A stretch of 64,000 bases of DNA, from assembly GCA_965203175.1 (NCBI GenBank), contig OZ241867.1:992001-1056000 (forward strand), read 5' to 3'. This DNA comes from Candidatus Latescibacterota bacterium. GTDB taxonomy: Bacteria; Latescibacterota; UBA2968; UBA8231. The notes under the pieces are model-generated. The model was not told the origin of the DNA. It ran no database searches and saw nothing but the letters and a program-made list of their open reading frames with translations. The translations under genes were made by a program, and so were the position numbers. This document shows, one piece after another, positions 50,548 to 63,619 of this stretch; within the stretch, counting starts at the first letter, position 1; the number at the start of each line of letters is the position of its first letter.

Positions 50548-50768
50548 ACCTTGACGCCCCGCGAGGCGAAGGCCATCTCTTGTTGGTGGTGGCATCCCCG
50601 GTCCGGTCGATACTCCCATAATATTTTTAGTACCTAATAATCGTTTTGACCTCATGGCCTAGCATAGCGATGTGACAGCCTCCTAGCTTATTTAGCACTC
50701 CTTGCGCGAGTTTATCGAACATCGTATACAGATGGTCAAGCACGCGAACTGAGAGGACGAAGGGGTCC

Positions 50769-52490
50769 ATGACGCAGAGCGCACTACAGCAAGTAACTCA
50801 AGCCTCCTTCCCCGGCATGTGCCCGGTCAAAGATGCACTGACCAAGCTGGCGCAAGCTGGAATCGAGGAACGCGGCGCAATCTTTACAAAGCGCGAGGTC
50901 GTCGAGTTCATCCTCGATCTTGTCAACTACACTACAGACCGGCCTTTGCACAAGATTCGCCTTCTGGAGCCTTCTTTTGGCGGTGGCGACTTCCTTCTTA
51001 TTGCGATTGAGCGCTTGCTCAAGGCGTGGAGCAGGCGAAAGAGTAACGCCGACCCAAGAGAAATACTAGCCAATGCCATTCGAGCCGTCGAGTTGCATGA
51101 CGATACATTTCAGACAACGCACGAAAAAATCATCGCCATGCTCAAGGCAAAAGGTTTTGAAACAAAGTCGGCCCTCGCTCTTGCCGACACCTGGCTCATC
51201 AAGGGCGATTTTCTTCTCACGCCGCTGCCATTTGCATTTGATTGCGTAGTTGGCAACCCACCTTATGTGAGGCAAGAGCTGATTCCCGCTGCGCTCATTG
51301 CCGAATACCGCACTCGCTATACGACCATATTTGACCGCGCCGACCTTTACATCCCGTTTATCGAGCGTTCGCTCAACCTGCTGGAGCCGGGCGGTACACT
51401 TGGATTTATCTGCGCCGACCGCTGGATGAAAAACCGTTATGGAGGGCCGCTGCGTAAACTGACTGCTGACAAATTTCATTTGAAAACCTATGTCGATATG
51501 GTCGATACACCTGCCTTCCACGCGGATGTTATTGCCTATCCAGCCATCACTATTATCGCTAATGAAAAGCCGGGCAAAACTCGCGTCGCGCACCGTCCCG
51601 AGATTAAGCCGGCAACGCTCAAGGCTTTAAGCAAGACCCTGCTATCTGAAGAAAAGCCCACCTCAGAGAGTGGGGTCAAGGAAATGACCGGAGTTGCGGC
51701 AGGAGCCGAACCTTGGATATTGGCGTCGTCCGACCAGTTGGCCCTTGTCCGGCGACTAGAGCGAGATTTCCCGCTAATTGAAGAGGTCGGGTGTAAGATC
51801 GGCATCGGTGTCGCTACCGGTGCCGATCAAGCCTTTATCGGTCCCTATGACGAGCTAGATGTAGAGCCGGGTCGCAAATTACCACTGGTGATGACCCGCG
51901 ATATTATCACTGGTACCGTCAAATGGCGCGGCCTTGGCGTCGTCAATCCGTTCGCCGATGAAGGAGGGCTTGTTGACCTAGCAAAATTCCCCAAGCTCAA
52001 AACCTATCTGGAAGCCCGCAAGGACCAGATAGCAAAACGGCATGTCGCAAAGAAATCACCTGCTAATTGGTATCGCACGATCGATCGCATCTATCCGGCC
52101 CTCGCCAGTAAGCCGAAATTGCTAATCCCTGACATCAAGGGCCAAGCCCATATCGTCTATGAAGGCGGCAAGCTGTACCCACACCACAATCTCTACTTTA
52201 TCACGAGCGATGAATGGGATTTGTACGCGCTGCAGGCTGTTCTTCTATCGGGCATCGCCCGCCTGTTTGTCTCGATCTATTCGACCCGGATGCGCGGCGG
52301 CTACTTGCGGTTTCAGGCGCAATATCTGCGCCGTATCCGCTTGCCTTACTGGCAGGACCTAGATGAAACGCTCAAAAATGCTCTGAGGGAAGCTGCTAAT
52401 TGTCGCGACATTGACGCCTGCAACGCGGCTGTATTCGAGTTCTATGGATTATCAAAGGCGGCAGAGGCGGCTCGGGCATCTTCAGGCTAA
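50769..52490 (+). CDS. N6-adenine DNA methyltransferase, PaeR7I/XhoI-like (Eco57I/TaqI-C domains), orphan
   Basis: [56 protein letters not shown]. Confidence 0.85.
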   Translation: MTQSALQQVTQASFPGMCPVKDALTKLAQAGIEERGAIFTKREVVEFILDLVNYTTDRPLHKIRLLEPSFGGGDFLLIAIERLLKAWSRRKSNADPREILANAIRAVELHDDTFQTTHEKIIAMLKAKGFETKSALALADTWLIKGDFLLTPLPFAFDCVVGNPPYVRQELIPAALIAEYRTRYTTIFDRADLYIPFIERSLNLLEPGGTLGFICADRWMKNRYGGPLRKLTADKFHLKTYVDMVDTPAFHADVIAYPAITIIANEKPGKTRVAHRPEIKPATLKALSKTLLSEEKPTSESGVKEMTGVAAGAEPWILASSDQLALVRRLERDFPLIEEVGCKIGIGVATGADQAFIGPYDELDVEPGRKLPLVMTRDIITGTVKWRGLGVVNPFADEGGLVDLAKFPKLKTYLEARKDQIAKRHVAKKSPANWYRTIDRIYPALASKPKLLIPDIKGQAHIVYEGGKLYPHHNLYFITSDEWDLYALQAVLLSGIARLFVSIYSTRMRGGYLRFQAQYLRRIRLPYWQDLDETLKNALREAANCRDIDACNAAVFEFYGLSKAAEAARASSG

Positions 52491-52575
52491 ATGCAGATCA
52501 GCCCTCAATGAAGTCCAAGTGAAGTCGCCAGCGCACGAGGCCCTAGCCTGTCTCAAGAGACAGCCCAGTTCTCTC

Positions 52576-52604
52576 TTGACTCCGTGAAGGTGCCATCCTA
52601 TCCT
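52576..52604 (+). promoter_or_regulatory. Sigma-70-type promoter
   Basis: TTGACT-N17-TATCCT upstream of a structured 5' UTR. Confidence 0.6.
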
Positions 52605-52610
52605 AGTCGT

Positions 52611-52725
52611 CAAGGCGTTTTAAGGACGCCTCGATCCGCGGAAAGGGTTGAACCCACCTTAGTCTCTTCGCCTGCTGTTAAAGAACCTTCTTTCGGCTTG
52701 TCTTCGCGGATGACAGGCATTTTGA
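52611..52725 (+). ncRNA. Candidate cis-regulatory structured RNA (riboswitch-like) in the 5' UTR
   Basis: AGGCGT/ACGCCT hairpin, long-range ATCCGCGGA/TTCGCGGAT stem, internal GGTT/AACC pairing; ends at the RBS. Confidence 0.45.
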
Positions 52726-52738
52726 AAGAGGGTTTTGT

Positions 52739-54475
52739 ATGGCTACCGTCCTACCTTCCAATCCCCATCTCGATCATCTGAAAAAACAGGCCAAGGACCT
52801 GCTCAAGTCCTTCCAGTCCGGCGATTCTCAAATCTGTGCGTCCGTGCAACAGTACCTGCCCCGGTTTTCCCGATTATCACCTGACGGACTCACTCTGCAC
52901 GACGCCCAGCACGTGATTGCCCGCCAGTACGGCTTCGACAATTGGCCGGCCCTGCGCCAGGCGGTCAAAGAAATAGCTGCGACGAGGCACCGCTCTGTAC
53001 CAATCACGGACAGGCTGGACGAAAAGCTCAAGCGCCACATCGACGCGCTCGGCTTCCACAGCGTCGGTGCTTACCGCATCTGGTGCCACAAGCAGGGGCT
53101 AGACAAGGGGCTAGACAAGAGTGACGAGCAGTTGCAGAAGGAATGCGAGCTGTTCCAGCTTTGGCAAAAGACCCGCCGCCCCGACCCCAAACCAGACTAC
53201 CGCCCGAGCCAGGTCCGCTTCATCACCCTGGCCTACGAGGGCAAGACATCGGGCATCTGGGAGGGCTGGACGCGGCTTTTTGCCAATGTTGAGGACCCGG
53301 CCGAGCGCAAAGCCTTTTATCGCCTCCTAGTCCATTGCGAGAAATACGCCCGCATTGACGGCAAGCTGTTGGCACCACTGGCCCGCTGCCACCGCGACTG
53401 GCTCAGACCAATAGAGGACTGGTATCCACAAAGCCAGAACAAGCGGCGACAATTCGGCGAATTGGTCCGCTACCTTTTAGCCCGCTATGAGGTGCCGTTT
53501 TTCATGGACGGGGTTTGGCGCGAGACCTCCTTTACGGATGGAGCTTGGCACCAAGAGGATCCAGCCGTCATCCGGCGGCAGCAGGCGTGGTTTATGCACG
53601 TCGCCCAAGGCGGCAATATCCGCGCGATGGATACGGAAATCGCCCTCACCAAGCGCATGGCGCATCTGATCTTCGAGGTGCCGGACGTGGAATCAGTATC
53701 GATGGGGTTGCGCTGGGCGCAGTTTCTCGGAATGGGCGGCAGCCTCAACCTAGTTTCAGCCGTAGTGCGCTCGCGTCTGCGCGACTTTATGGAGGACGAG
53801 CCGTTCTGGGCGACCGTGGTGCTCTTTCTGGCCAACCAGCCAATGCTCGAGCCCACTTACGTCGGCCCAATCGTCGACTATATCTACAACCAGAAGTTTG
53901 CGCCCCAGCAGACGCGCGGGCATGACGGGAATCTTACAGAAGGACCGCCGCTGCAACCCCATTTCACCATGAAGGGCCGTAGTATTAACAAGCTGCTGCG
54001 CCAAGTTGAGGCGTGGCACGGCGAATTTGCCCTCGACCAGCACGTGGACTGGGAAGAGTGGTCGAGCTCTGGCCTCCGTGGCTACGAGTGCGAGGAAGAA
54101 GACGGCCACCTCGGCGCGACCCTGCGCTGGAGCGTGCGGGAGTTGTGCGACTCCTGGGCCTTGGCCAAAGAGGGCCAGGCCATGTCTCACTGCGTCAAGT
54201 CGTACGCTAGGCGCTGTGCTGAGGGAAAGTATTCGGTCTGGTCGCTCCAAGCAGAAGGCACCCCACTGGAGCGCCCGAACATGCTGACCATTGCAGTGGA
54301 CAACAGGCAGAGGCGGGTCATCGAATTCCGCGGCAAATACAACATGGTGCCCAACGACAAACAACGCACGGCCAAACAGCGGGACCAGACGAGCAAACCT
54401 TATCTCCACCTCCTGCGCAAATCGCCAGAGATCATGCGCCGATGGATGGAGCGGGAGCAACTGCGGCACGGTTAA
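52739..54475 (+). CDS. PcfJ domain-containing protein with N-terminal LPxxPxLxxLKKQAKxLL helical module
   Basis: N-terminal HLKKQAKDLL...LHDAQHVIARQYGF.NW; C-terminal EGQAMSHCV.SY...S.WSL...LTI typical of PcfJ-like proteins. Confidence 0.7.
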   Translation: MATVLPSNPHLDHLKKQAKDLLKSFQSGDSQICASVQQYLPRFSRLSPDGLTLHDAQHVIARQYGFDNWPALRQAVKEIAATRHRSVPITDRLDEKLKRHIDALGFHSVGAYRIWCHKQGLDKGLDKSDEQLQKECELFQLWQKTRRPDPKPDYRPSQVRFITLAYEGKTSGIWEGWTRLFANVEDPAERKAFYRLLVHCEKYARIDGKLLAPLARCHRDWLRPIEDWYPQSQNKRRQFGELVRYLLARYEVPFFMDGVWRETSFTDGAWHQEDPAVIRRQQAWFMHVAQGGNIRAMDTEIALTKRMAHLIFEVPDVESVSMGLRWAQFLGMGGSLNLVSAVVRSRLRDFMEDEPFWATVVLFLANQPMLEPTYVGPIVDYIYNQKFAPQQTRGHDGNLTEGPPLQPHFTMKGRSINKLLRQVEAWHGEFALDQHVDWEEWSSSGLRGYECEEEDGHLGATLRWSVRELCDSWALAKEGQAMSHCVKSYARRCAEGKYSVWSLQAEGTPLERPNMLTIAVDNRQRRVIEFRGKYNMVPNDKQRTAKQRDQTSKPYLHLLRKSPEIMRRWMEREQLRHG

Positions 54476-54484
54476 ATCAGGTTT

Positions 54485-55294
54485 TTACCCGTCGATTACC
54501 TCCACCTCGCTGCCCTTCTCAAACGCCTGCGCCTTAAACTCCGCCAATGCCTTGTCGAGCAGAGCCTGCGCCTCCTCGGCCTCCTTGCCCCAAACGACGA
54601 TATCCACTGGCAGCCGCTGACCGTCGGCCGTGCGCTCCCTCAACGCGACGAAGGCCTTGAGGTAGGTATTGGGATATTGGCTCATCACGCTGTGCAGGAT
54701 CGGACCGCACTGCGATTCGGGTAGGTTGACGGCGACCCGTAGCGAGAGCCGCACATCGTCGTATATCCCAGCCAAGGCATCCTCTACCGACTGGCGGAAT
54801 AACGCCTCAACCTCGCGCGGCGGGCCGGGTAGGCTGTAAATCGTGGTTGCGCCGACCTGCGACTCCACGCAGGGAGCCACACCCGCCGGGTTGGGATGGG
54901 CCACAGAGCCTTCCGGTTTGGTCGCCATCTTGATCAGCCCTTCGCTGACATCAGCGCGCTTTTCAATACCTCGGCTCTCCATATAGCGCTTGACCAAAGT
55001 TTCATCGACTTCCGTGCCCACCCCCGTGATCTTGGCAATGGCCTCAACCGTCATATCGTCGGGCGTCGGCCCAAGTCCTCCGGTGGTGATCACCACCTGG
55101 GTTCCGCGCTGGCAGGCGTCTTTGAGCACGCCGGTCAACTCGTCTATATCGTCGTCGAGAATCGCGATCCGACGCACATAGCCGCCGAGCGCTGCAATCT
55201 GCTGCGCCATCCAGAAGGAATTGGTGTCTTGGATCTGTCCGTTTAAAAGCTCGGTGCCGATTGAGTAAATTTCGATGGCCGGTCGATCGCTCAT
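54485..55294 (-). CDS. CinA-like molybdopterin-binding domain protein
   Basis: IGTELLNGQIQDTN, TGGLGPTPDD.T, LPGPPRE. Confidence 0.85.
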   Translation of the reverse strand: MSDRPAIEIYSIGTELLNGQIQDTNSFWMAQQIAALGGYVRRIAILDDDIDELTGVLKDACQRGTQVVITTGGLGPTPDDMTVEAIAKITGVGTEVDETLVKRYMESRGIEKRADVSEGLIKMATKPEGSVAHPNPAGVAPCVESQVGATTIYSLPGPPREVEALFRQSVEDALAGIYDDVRLSLRVAVNLPESQCGPILHSVMSQYPNTYLKAFVALRERTADGQRLPVDIVVWGKEAEEAQALLDKALAEFKAQAFEKGSEVEVIDG

Positions 55295-55431
55295 AGTCTC
55301 TTTCTCTGCGGTTGTGTTAGAGGGGCTCAAAAGATAGGCAAGATGAACCGGCCGTGCACCGGGCATTGAACACAGCTAGGCGAGTGGCAATATTAGAGTC
55401 TATCCAACCATCGAACTACAAGGAGAAAAAC

Positions 55432-55910
55432 ATGAGCAGCGTCCACGACTTCACCGCCCAAACCATCCACGGCCAAGCCGCAGATCTAGCCGACTACGCC
55501 GGCAAGGCGCTCCTCGTCGTCAACGTGGCCAGCGAGTGCGGCCTAACCCCGCAATACGCCGACCTAGAGGCACTGCATCGCCAATACGCCGCCCAAGGGC
55601 TAGCGGTCCTCGGCTTTCCCTGCAACCAATTCAAGGGGCAAGAGCCTGGCAACGAAGAGCAGATCCTCGACTTCTGCCAGACCCATTACGACGTGAGTTT
55701 CCCGCTCTTTAGCAAGATCGAAGTCAACGGCCCCAACCGTCATCCGCTCTACGCCTATCTCGCCGGCGACGGCGCGGCCTTTCCCGGCGACATCTCCTGG
55801 AACTTCGAGAAATTCCTCATCGACAAGGATGGGCAACCGCTGGCCCGTTTCGCGCCCCGAACCACCCCCAACGATCCGGCAGTAGTCGCCGCCATCGAAG
55901 AGGCCCTCGC

Positions 55911-55914
<4 letters not shown>
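55432..55914 (+). CDS. Glutathione peroxidase (Cys-type)
   Basis: VNVASECGLT, GFPCNQF..QEPG, WNFEKFL; RBS AAGGAG. Confidence 0.93.
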
Positions 55915-58258
<2,344 letters not shown>

Positions 58259-58413
58259 CTAGATTCGTTTGGTTATCACAGTGATAAAGTATAGTCAAGG
58301 TGGACAAGAAAACCATCCGTGGCCCGGTATTCGGTGCGCTTTCTTAGAAGAGTCAACGCACTTGACATCATCAATAGCAAAACAATATCACTCTAGTACA
58401 AGGGGGACATGCA

Positions 58414-58611
58414 ATGAACAACGATAGCTGCGAGAGGATACGCTCGATTTCCGAGGTGTTCCAAGAGCTTGGCTTGGGGACTGCGGAGGAAAGAAATCGC
58501 TTTCAACGGCTAGCCGACTTAGGTACCATCGGCCAAAGCTTGGAACAGGAAACCCACCGACACGAGCCAACGGGCACTCAAAACAACACTGCAAAGGAAG
58601 ACGATGCCTAA
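58414..58611 (+). CDS. Small hypothetical protein coupled to the downstream protease
   Basis: 65-aa ORF with RBS, overlapping the start of the SDH protease. Confidence 0.5.
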   Translation: MNNDSCERIRSISEVFQELGLGTAEERNRFQRLADLGTIGQSLEQETHRHEPTGTQNNTAKEDDA

Positions 58612-59494
58612 CTGGAACCAACTCCTCGACGAGATCAATGCCGCCGAAGGCATACACGATGTTATTCGTCGTCGCTACCTCAAAGAAGTTTTCGAGATCA
58701 CGGGTCGCAACGTTATCATCTACTATGCTGGCTGGTTTCAGAAGGGAAGCATTGCTGGCATTGAGATAAACGACGAAGACAAGAACGGCTTTATGACCGT
58801 CATTCACGAACTAGATAGAAGCCGTGGTCTAGATTTAATCTTACATACGCCTGGAGGCGATATGGCCGCCACGGAATCTCTCGTGGAATACCTACGGTCC
58901 ATGTTCGACACGGATATTCGGGCAATTGTTCCCCAACTTGCTATGTCAGGTGGTACGATGATGGCTTGTGCCTGCAAAGAAATACTCATGGGCAAGCAAT
59001 CGAGTTTGGGGCCTGTTGATCCACTCTTTGGCGGGATTCCTGCCCACGGGATTGTGGAGGAATTCACGCGGGCGAAGAAGGAAATCAGCGAAGACACCTC
59101 TTCGAGTTCTATCGCCGTATGGCAGCCGATTATCGCGAAGTACAACCCGACGCTCGTCGGCGAGTGCGAAAAGGCAATCGACTGGTCTAACGAGATGACG
59201 AGAGAGTGGCTCCAGACAGGGATGTTCGCTTCAGAGCAAGATTCCGATGATACGATCAACAACATTCTCAAAGAGCTAGGTGACCACGCCCTGACCAAAT
59301 CGCACGCACGGCATTTGTCCATTGAACGATGCCGCGACATAGGTCTAAAAGTCAAAGCGCTGGAAGAGGACGATAAACTCCAGGACGCCGTGCTGTCGTT
59401 ACATCACGCCTGCATGTTGACTTTTTCGGCTACTTCTGCACTCAAGATCGTTGAGAATCATCTTGGTATTGCCTTCATCAAGGTTACTCAGTAG
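58604..59494 (+). CDS. SDH/ClpP-fold serine protease (S49-like)
   Basis: LDLILHTPGG, AMSGGTMMA, LGPVDP, SHARH. Confidence 0.85.
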   Translation: MPNWNQLLDEINAAEGIHDVIRRRYLKEVFEITGRNVIIYYAGWFQKGSIAGIEINDEDKNGFMTVIHELDRSRGLDLILHTPGGDMAATESLVEYLRSMFDTDIRAIVPQLAMSGGTMMACACKEILMGKQSSLGPVDPLFGGIPAHGIVEEFTRAKKEISEDTSSSSIAVWQPIIAKYNPTLVGECEKAIDWSNEMTREWLQTGMFASEQDSDDTINNILKELGDHALTKSHARHLSIERCRDIGLKVKALEEDDKLQDAVLSLHHACMLTFSATSALKIVENHLGIAFIKVTQ

Positions 59495-59503
59495 GCGACC
59501 GCT

Positions 59504-59731
59504 GTGCCGGGACGACTAAGCAGAGCCCAAATCGAAGCACAGTTTGCCTCAGAATGGGTTCTCGTCGAATCCCCACAGACCAATGATGCCTTGGAAGTGC
59601 AAAGCGGCAAAGTCCGCTGGCACAGTAAGGATCGGGAAGAGGTCTATCGCCAAGCTGTGGTGTTGCGCCCTAAACGGTTCGCCATCTTGTACACGGGAAA
59701 GATGCCTGAAGACACGGCGATTGTTCTATGA
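59504..59731 (+). CDS. Small DUF5678-like protein
   Basis: EWVLV...GKV..HSKDREEVY...YTG pattern. Confidence 0.55.
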   Translation: MPGRLSRAQIEAQFASEWVLVESPQTNDALEVQSGKVRWHSKDREEVYRQAVVLRPKRFAILYTGKMPEDTAIVL

Positions 59732-59835
59732 TGGTGGTAGCTTAACTGGTCCCGTTTTAGCGGTCTATATCAGTAGCTATCCGTCTTCTCTCTTCGCCTC
59801 TTGCACATTTTTCTACCCCCTTTCCATCCTTTCAC

Positions 59836-60750
59836 ATGCCCTTCCGTCAATCCACTGCCCCCACGCCAACCCGCTACCGCGACCGCCAAACCAAGGATAT
59901 CGTCGTCGAGCACGTCCCGGGGCAGTCCCTCCTCCGCTGGTTCTACACCACAAGCACGGGGCATCTTGTCTTTCGCGCCGTCTTCAACCGGCCTCTTTTC
60001 TCTCGCCTCTACAGCTGGTGGAAGCAAAGCACTTGGACTCGGCGTCAAATCCGCCCTTTTGTCGAGCGCTACCACATCGACCTCGACGAAATCGAATATC
60101 CCCTCAGCCACTATTCCAGCTTCAACGATTTCTTTATCCGCCGCCTCAAACCCGGAGCCAGACCCTGCGACCCCGACCCCGAGCGCCTCTGTTGCCCCGC
60201 CGACGGCAAAGTTCTCGTCTATCCCCAGATCGCAGCCGAGGATGAGCTACCGGTCAAAAGCAACCAACTCGCAGCCCGCGAGCTCCTAGCCGAAGCAATC
60301 GACCCCACCCCATATCACGGCGGTGCTGCCCTCGTCGTCCGCCTCGCCCCCTACGACTATCACCGCTTCCACTTCCCAGCCGACGGCCAAGTAGGTCAAA
60401 CCCAGTGGATCAACGGCACCTACCACTCGGTCAACCCCATCGCCCTCGCCCGCGTACCCGACGTTTTCCACCGCAACCGGCGCTCCGTCTGCGAACTGAC
60501 GACGCCCACCTTCGGCAGAATTGCCTACATCGAAGTCGGTGCTATCAACGTCGCCAGCATCGTCCAGACGTACTCGCCAGGGCCTTGTGAGCGCGGCCAA
60601 GAAAAGGGCTTTTTCCAATTCGGCGGCTCAACCGTCGTGCTGCTTTTCGAGCCGGGGGCGATAGCCTTTGACAGCGATCTAGTCGCCGACTCTGCGGCCG
60701 GCCTAGAGGTACACGTCCCCACCGGGGCCGGCGTCGGCAGCCGCGCTTGA
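59836..60750 (+). CDS. psd: Phosphatidylserine decarboxylase proenzyme
   Basis: FNDFFIR, PADG, RLAPYDYHRFHFP, VGA.NV.SI, FGGSTV cleavage motif. Confidence 0.9.
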   Translation: MPFRQSTAPTPTRYRDRQTKDIVVEHVPGQSLLRWFYTTSTGHLVFRAVFNRPLFSRLYSWWKQSTWTRRQIRPFVERYHIDLDEIEYPLSHYSSFNDFFIRRLKPGARPCDPDPERLCCPADGKVLVYPQIAAEDELPVKSNQLAARELLAEAIDPTPYHGGAALVVRLAPYDYHRFHFPADGQVGQTQWINGTYHSVNPIALARVPDVFHRNRRSVCELTTPTFGRIAYIEVGAINVASIVQTYSPGPCERGQEKGFFQFGGSTVVLLFEPGAIAFDSDLVADSAAGLEVHVPTGAGVGSRA

Positions 60751-60811
60751 CCCGCTCCGGCGGCTTCGGCAAATTTCCCGCTCTGCAATCCCTTACCTCT
60801 GGAGGCTACAT

Positions 60812-61792
60812 ATGTCCCTGCAAATGCGCGTGGGTCTGGGCCAATTCAACGAACTCACCGACGAAAAGCTCGCCTTTATCAAGCAAATGGGCTGCGACGA
60901 CTTTTTGATGAATACCCCCAAGCTCCCCGGCGACAAGCAGTGGGAATACGACGACTTAGCTGCCCTCAAAAAGCGGGCCGACTACGCCGAACTGCGGCTG
61001 ATGGCGCTGGAAAACGTACCCACATCGTTTTACGACAAGATCATGCTCGGCCAAAGCGGCCGCGAAGAACAACTCCAGCACATGATCACCACCGTGCGCA
61101 ACATGGGCAAGGCCGGCATCCCAATCTTGGGCTATCACTGGATCCCCAACAGCGTCTGGCGCACGCCCGAGCCAGCCACCTTGCGCGGCGGCGCTCGCGC
61201 CACTCGTTTTGCCCTCGCCGAGCACGACCCCGAAGAACTGACCCACGGCCGCGTCTTCACCCACGAGGAGATGTGGGAAAACTACTGCTGGTATTTGGAG
61301 CGCATCCTGCCCGTGGCCGAGGAAGTTGACGTGCGCCTAGCCCTACACCCCGACGACCCGCCCACCGGTACGACCCTCGGCGGCATAGCGCGGATATGCA
61401 GTTCTTTCGACGACTTCAAGCGCAACATGGACACCTTCGACAGCTCGCATCACGGCCTCGACTTCTGCATGGGGTGCTGGTCGGAGATGGGCGGCCACGA
61501 CAGCGTCATCCGCGCCGTCCGCCACTTCGGCGGGCAAAAGAAAATCATCTACATCCACTTCCGCGATGTCATCGGGCCGGTCGAGGACTTCCACGAGACC
61601 TTCATCGACTGCGGCCAAGTCGATACCTTTGAGGTCGTCAAGACGCTCAAGGCGGTCGATTTCGACGGCTTTATGATCACCGATCACGTGCCCCATATCG
61701 TCGATGACTCGCCCTGGGGGCACAGGGGACGCGCCCATTGCGTGGGCTTTATGCAGGCCCTCATTCAAGTGGTCAACAAGCTCAGCGCGTGA
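60812..61792 (+). CDS. Mannonate dehydratase family protein (second paralogue)
   Basis: LALHPDDPP, IHFRDV, DHVP. Confidence 0.8.
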   Translation: MSLQMRVGLGQFNELTDEKLAFIKQMGCDDFLMNTPKLPGDKQWEYDDLAALKKRADYAELRLMALENVPTSFYDKIMLGQSGREEQLQHMITTVRNMGKAGIPILGYHWIPNSVWRTPEPATLRGGARATRFALAEHDPEELTHGRVFTHEEMWENYCWYLERILPVAEEVDVRLALHPDDPPTGTTLGGIARICSSFDDFKRNMDTFDSSHHGLDFCMGCWSEMGGHDSVIRAVRHFGGQKKIIYIHFRDVIGPVEDFHETFIDCGQVDTFEVVKTLKAVDFDGFMITDHVPHIVDDSPWGHRGRAHCVGFMQALIQVVNKLSA

Positions 61793-61824
61793 CCTGTCAC
61801 CACGGCGCGACCTTGGGATCTAAC

Positions 61825-62643
61825 ATGAACATCATCCACCACTGCACCCGCCGGTCGAGCACAAGCCTCCTTCTTACACTCCTGCTCGCCACCCCAGCCC
61901 TAGCCCAAGACGAGCGTCCCCCTGTATCAATCCCCCAACCCGAACGCCGGCGCGTGACGCCGCCACCGGGCGGCCCCTTGACCATCGTCCAAGTGGACTA
62001 CAACAACGCGGTCAAGGAGCGCGACTACCTCTCGCAGGCCATGCAGGAAGTGGTCGCGTTCACCCACATATCGACCCAACTCGAAGTGCCGCTGCACTCG
62101 CGTTTTCTCACGCTCGACGACCCGAAGATTGCAGATGCGCTGATGCTCTACATGACCGGCTTCGACTGCGTCATGAAGATACGCGACCGCGAAAAGAAAG
62201 GCCTCGCCCACTACCTGCGCAGCGGCGGCCTGCTCTTTGCCGAGGACATCCTGCCCCTAGAGACTAATTTTCGCACATCCGCTGGCGTAGCCGGCACCCC
62301 CTTCGACCGGCAGTTCAAGGCCCTGCTCAAAGATCCGCAAGTCCTCGGCGTCGACGGAGGCCGCTGGCGCAAACTGCCCAATAGCGACCCTCTGTACTCA
62401 GCCTACTTCGACTTCCCCGATGGGCCGCCTTTAAGCGGCACGAACCGGGGCAACGTCTTCGCCTTGGAAGCTATAGAACTCAAAGGTCGGGTCGCCGTTA
62501 TCTTCAGCGACCTCAACATTAGCTGGTTCTGGGGCAACCTCGACGCCGAAGGCCGCAACCGCAGCTTGCAGTTCGGCACCAACCTGTTGGTCTATGCGCT
62601 AGCGCAAAAATACGCAGGCCGACCACTGCCCGTCAGGCGCTGA
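61825..62643 (+). CDS. DUF4159 domain protein (likely secreted)
   Basis: LYMTG, YLRSGGLLFAED, GR.AVIFS.L...W, GTNL..YAL. Confidence 0.7.
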   Translation: MNIIHHCTRRSSTSLLLTLLLATPALAQDERPPVSIPQPERRRVTPPPGGPLTIVQVDYNNAVKERDYLSQAMQEVVAFTHISTQLEVPLHSRFLTLDDPKIADALMLYMTGFDCVMKIRDREKKGLAHYLRSGGLLFAEDILPLETNFRTSAGVAGTPFDRQFKALLKDPQVLGVDGGRWRKLPNSDPLYSAYFDFPDGPPLSGTNRGNVFALEAIELKGRVAVIFSDLNISWFWGNLDAEGRNRSLQFGTNLLVYALAQKYAGRPLPVRR

Positions 62644-62644
62644 G

Positions 62645-63538
62645 ATGGACGCTGCGGCGGCGCGCTCCACCCAAATCCGCGCCGACCTCCTGCTCCTGCT
62701 CACGGCCCTTATCTGGGGCTTTGCCTTCGTCGCCCAACGCGCTGGCATGGAGCACGTCGGCCCCTTCTTCTTCAATGGCGTGCGCTTCGCCCTCGGCTGC
62801 TTGCCGCTTTTGCCTTTCGTCCTGCGCACCACCGCCACACCACTCTCATCCCGTCTCCGCCACACCCTCCCAGGCGGCCTGCTCGCCGGGCTTTTTCTTT
62901 TCACTGCCGCTTCCCTACAACAGGTCGGCATCGTCTACACTACGGCCGGCAAGGCCGGGTTCATCACCGGGCTATACGTAATTCTGGTGCCGATCCTCGG
63001 TCTCTTGCTGCGGCATCGCAGTCGCCGCAGCACTTGGACCGGCGCTCTGGTGGCAACCAGCGGCCTGTACCTGCTGAGCGTGGAGCCGCCACTGGCCATT
63101 GCTCGCGGCGACGCGCTCGTGCTCGTGAGCGCGCTCTTTTGGGCCGGGCACGTGCTGGTCATCGGCAACCTCTCGCGTCAACTCGACTGGGCGATGCTGG
63201 CTTTTTTGCAATTCTTCGTCTGCTCGCTGCTCAGCACAGCCATCGCCGTCGGCACCGAGCCTATCGCCCTGCAACCACTCGTCGATGCGGCCGTACCCGT
63301 GTTTTACGGAGGCGTGCTGTCGGTGGGCGTGGCCTATACCCTGCAGGTGGTGGCTCAGCGGCGAGCGGCCCCCGGCCACGCAGCCATCATCCTCAGTCTG
63401 GAGACGGTTTTTGCCGCGTTGGGGGGGTGGCTTTTGCTGGACGAGGACATGCCCTTACGCGGGCTGGTCGGGTGTGGGCTGATGTTCGCGGGGATGCTGA
63501 TCTCGCAGGTGAGATTGGGGCGGCGATCTAAAACATAG
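62645..63538 (+). CDS. EamA/DMT family transporter
   Basis: IWGFAFVAQR, TTAGKAGFITG, YTLQ, LETVFA; about 10 TM helices. Confidence 0.92.
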   Translation: MDAAAARSTQIRADLLLLLTALIWGFAFVAQRAGMEHVGPFFFNGVRFALGCLPLLPFVLRTTATPLSSRLRHTLPGGLLAGLFLFTAASLQQVGIVYTTAGKAGFITGLYVILVPILGLLLRHRSRRSTWTGALVATSGLYLLSVEPPLAIARGDALVLVSALFWAGHVLVIGNLSRQLDWAMLAFLQFFVCSLLSTAIAVGTEPIALQPLVDAAVPVFYGGVLSVGVAYTLQVVAQRRAAPGHAAIILSLETVFAALGGWLLLDEDMPLRGLVGCGLMFAGMLISQVRLGRRSKT

Positions 63539-63619
63539 GCCCATTGCTCCCCGAAGAGAGCCGCTCTATACTATGCCTTTAACGCTGACACACGACCCCC
63601 ACCCAGAGAAAGGACCAAA

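Noticed and set aside
50692-50715. TTAGCACTC, a possible CIRCE before the methyltransferase
   Set aside because: Only the left half-site is present; there is no GAGTGCTAA at N9.
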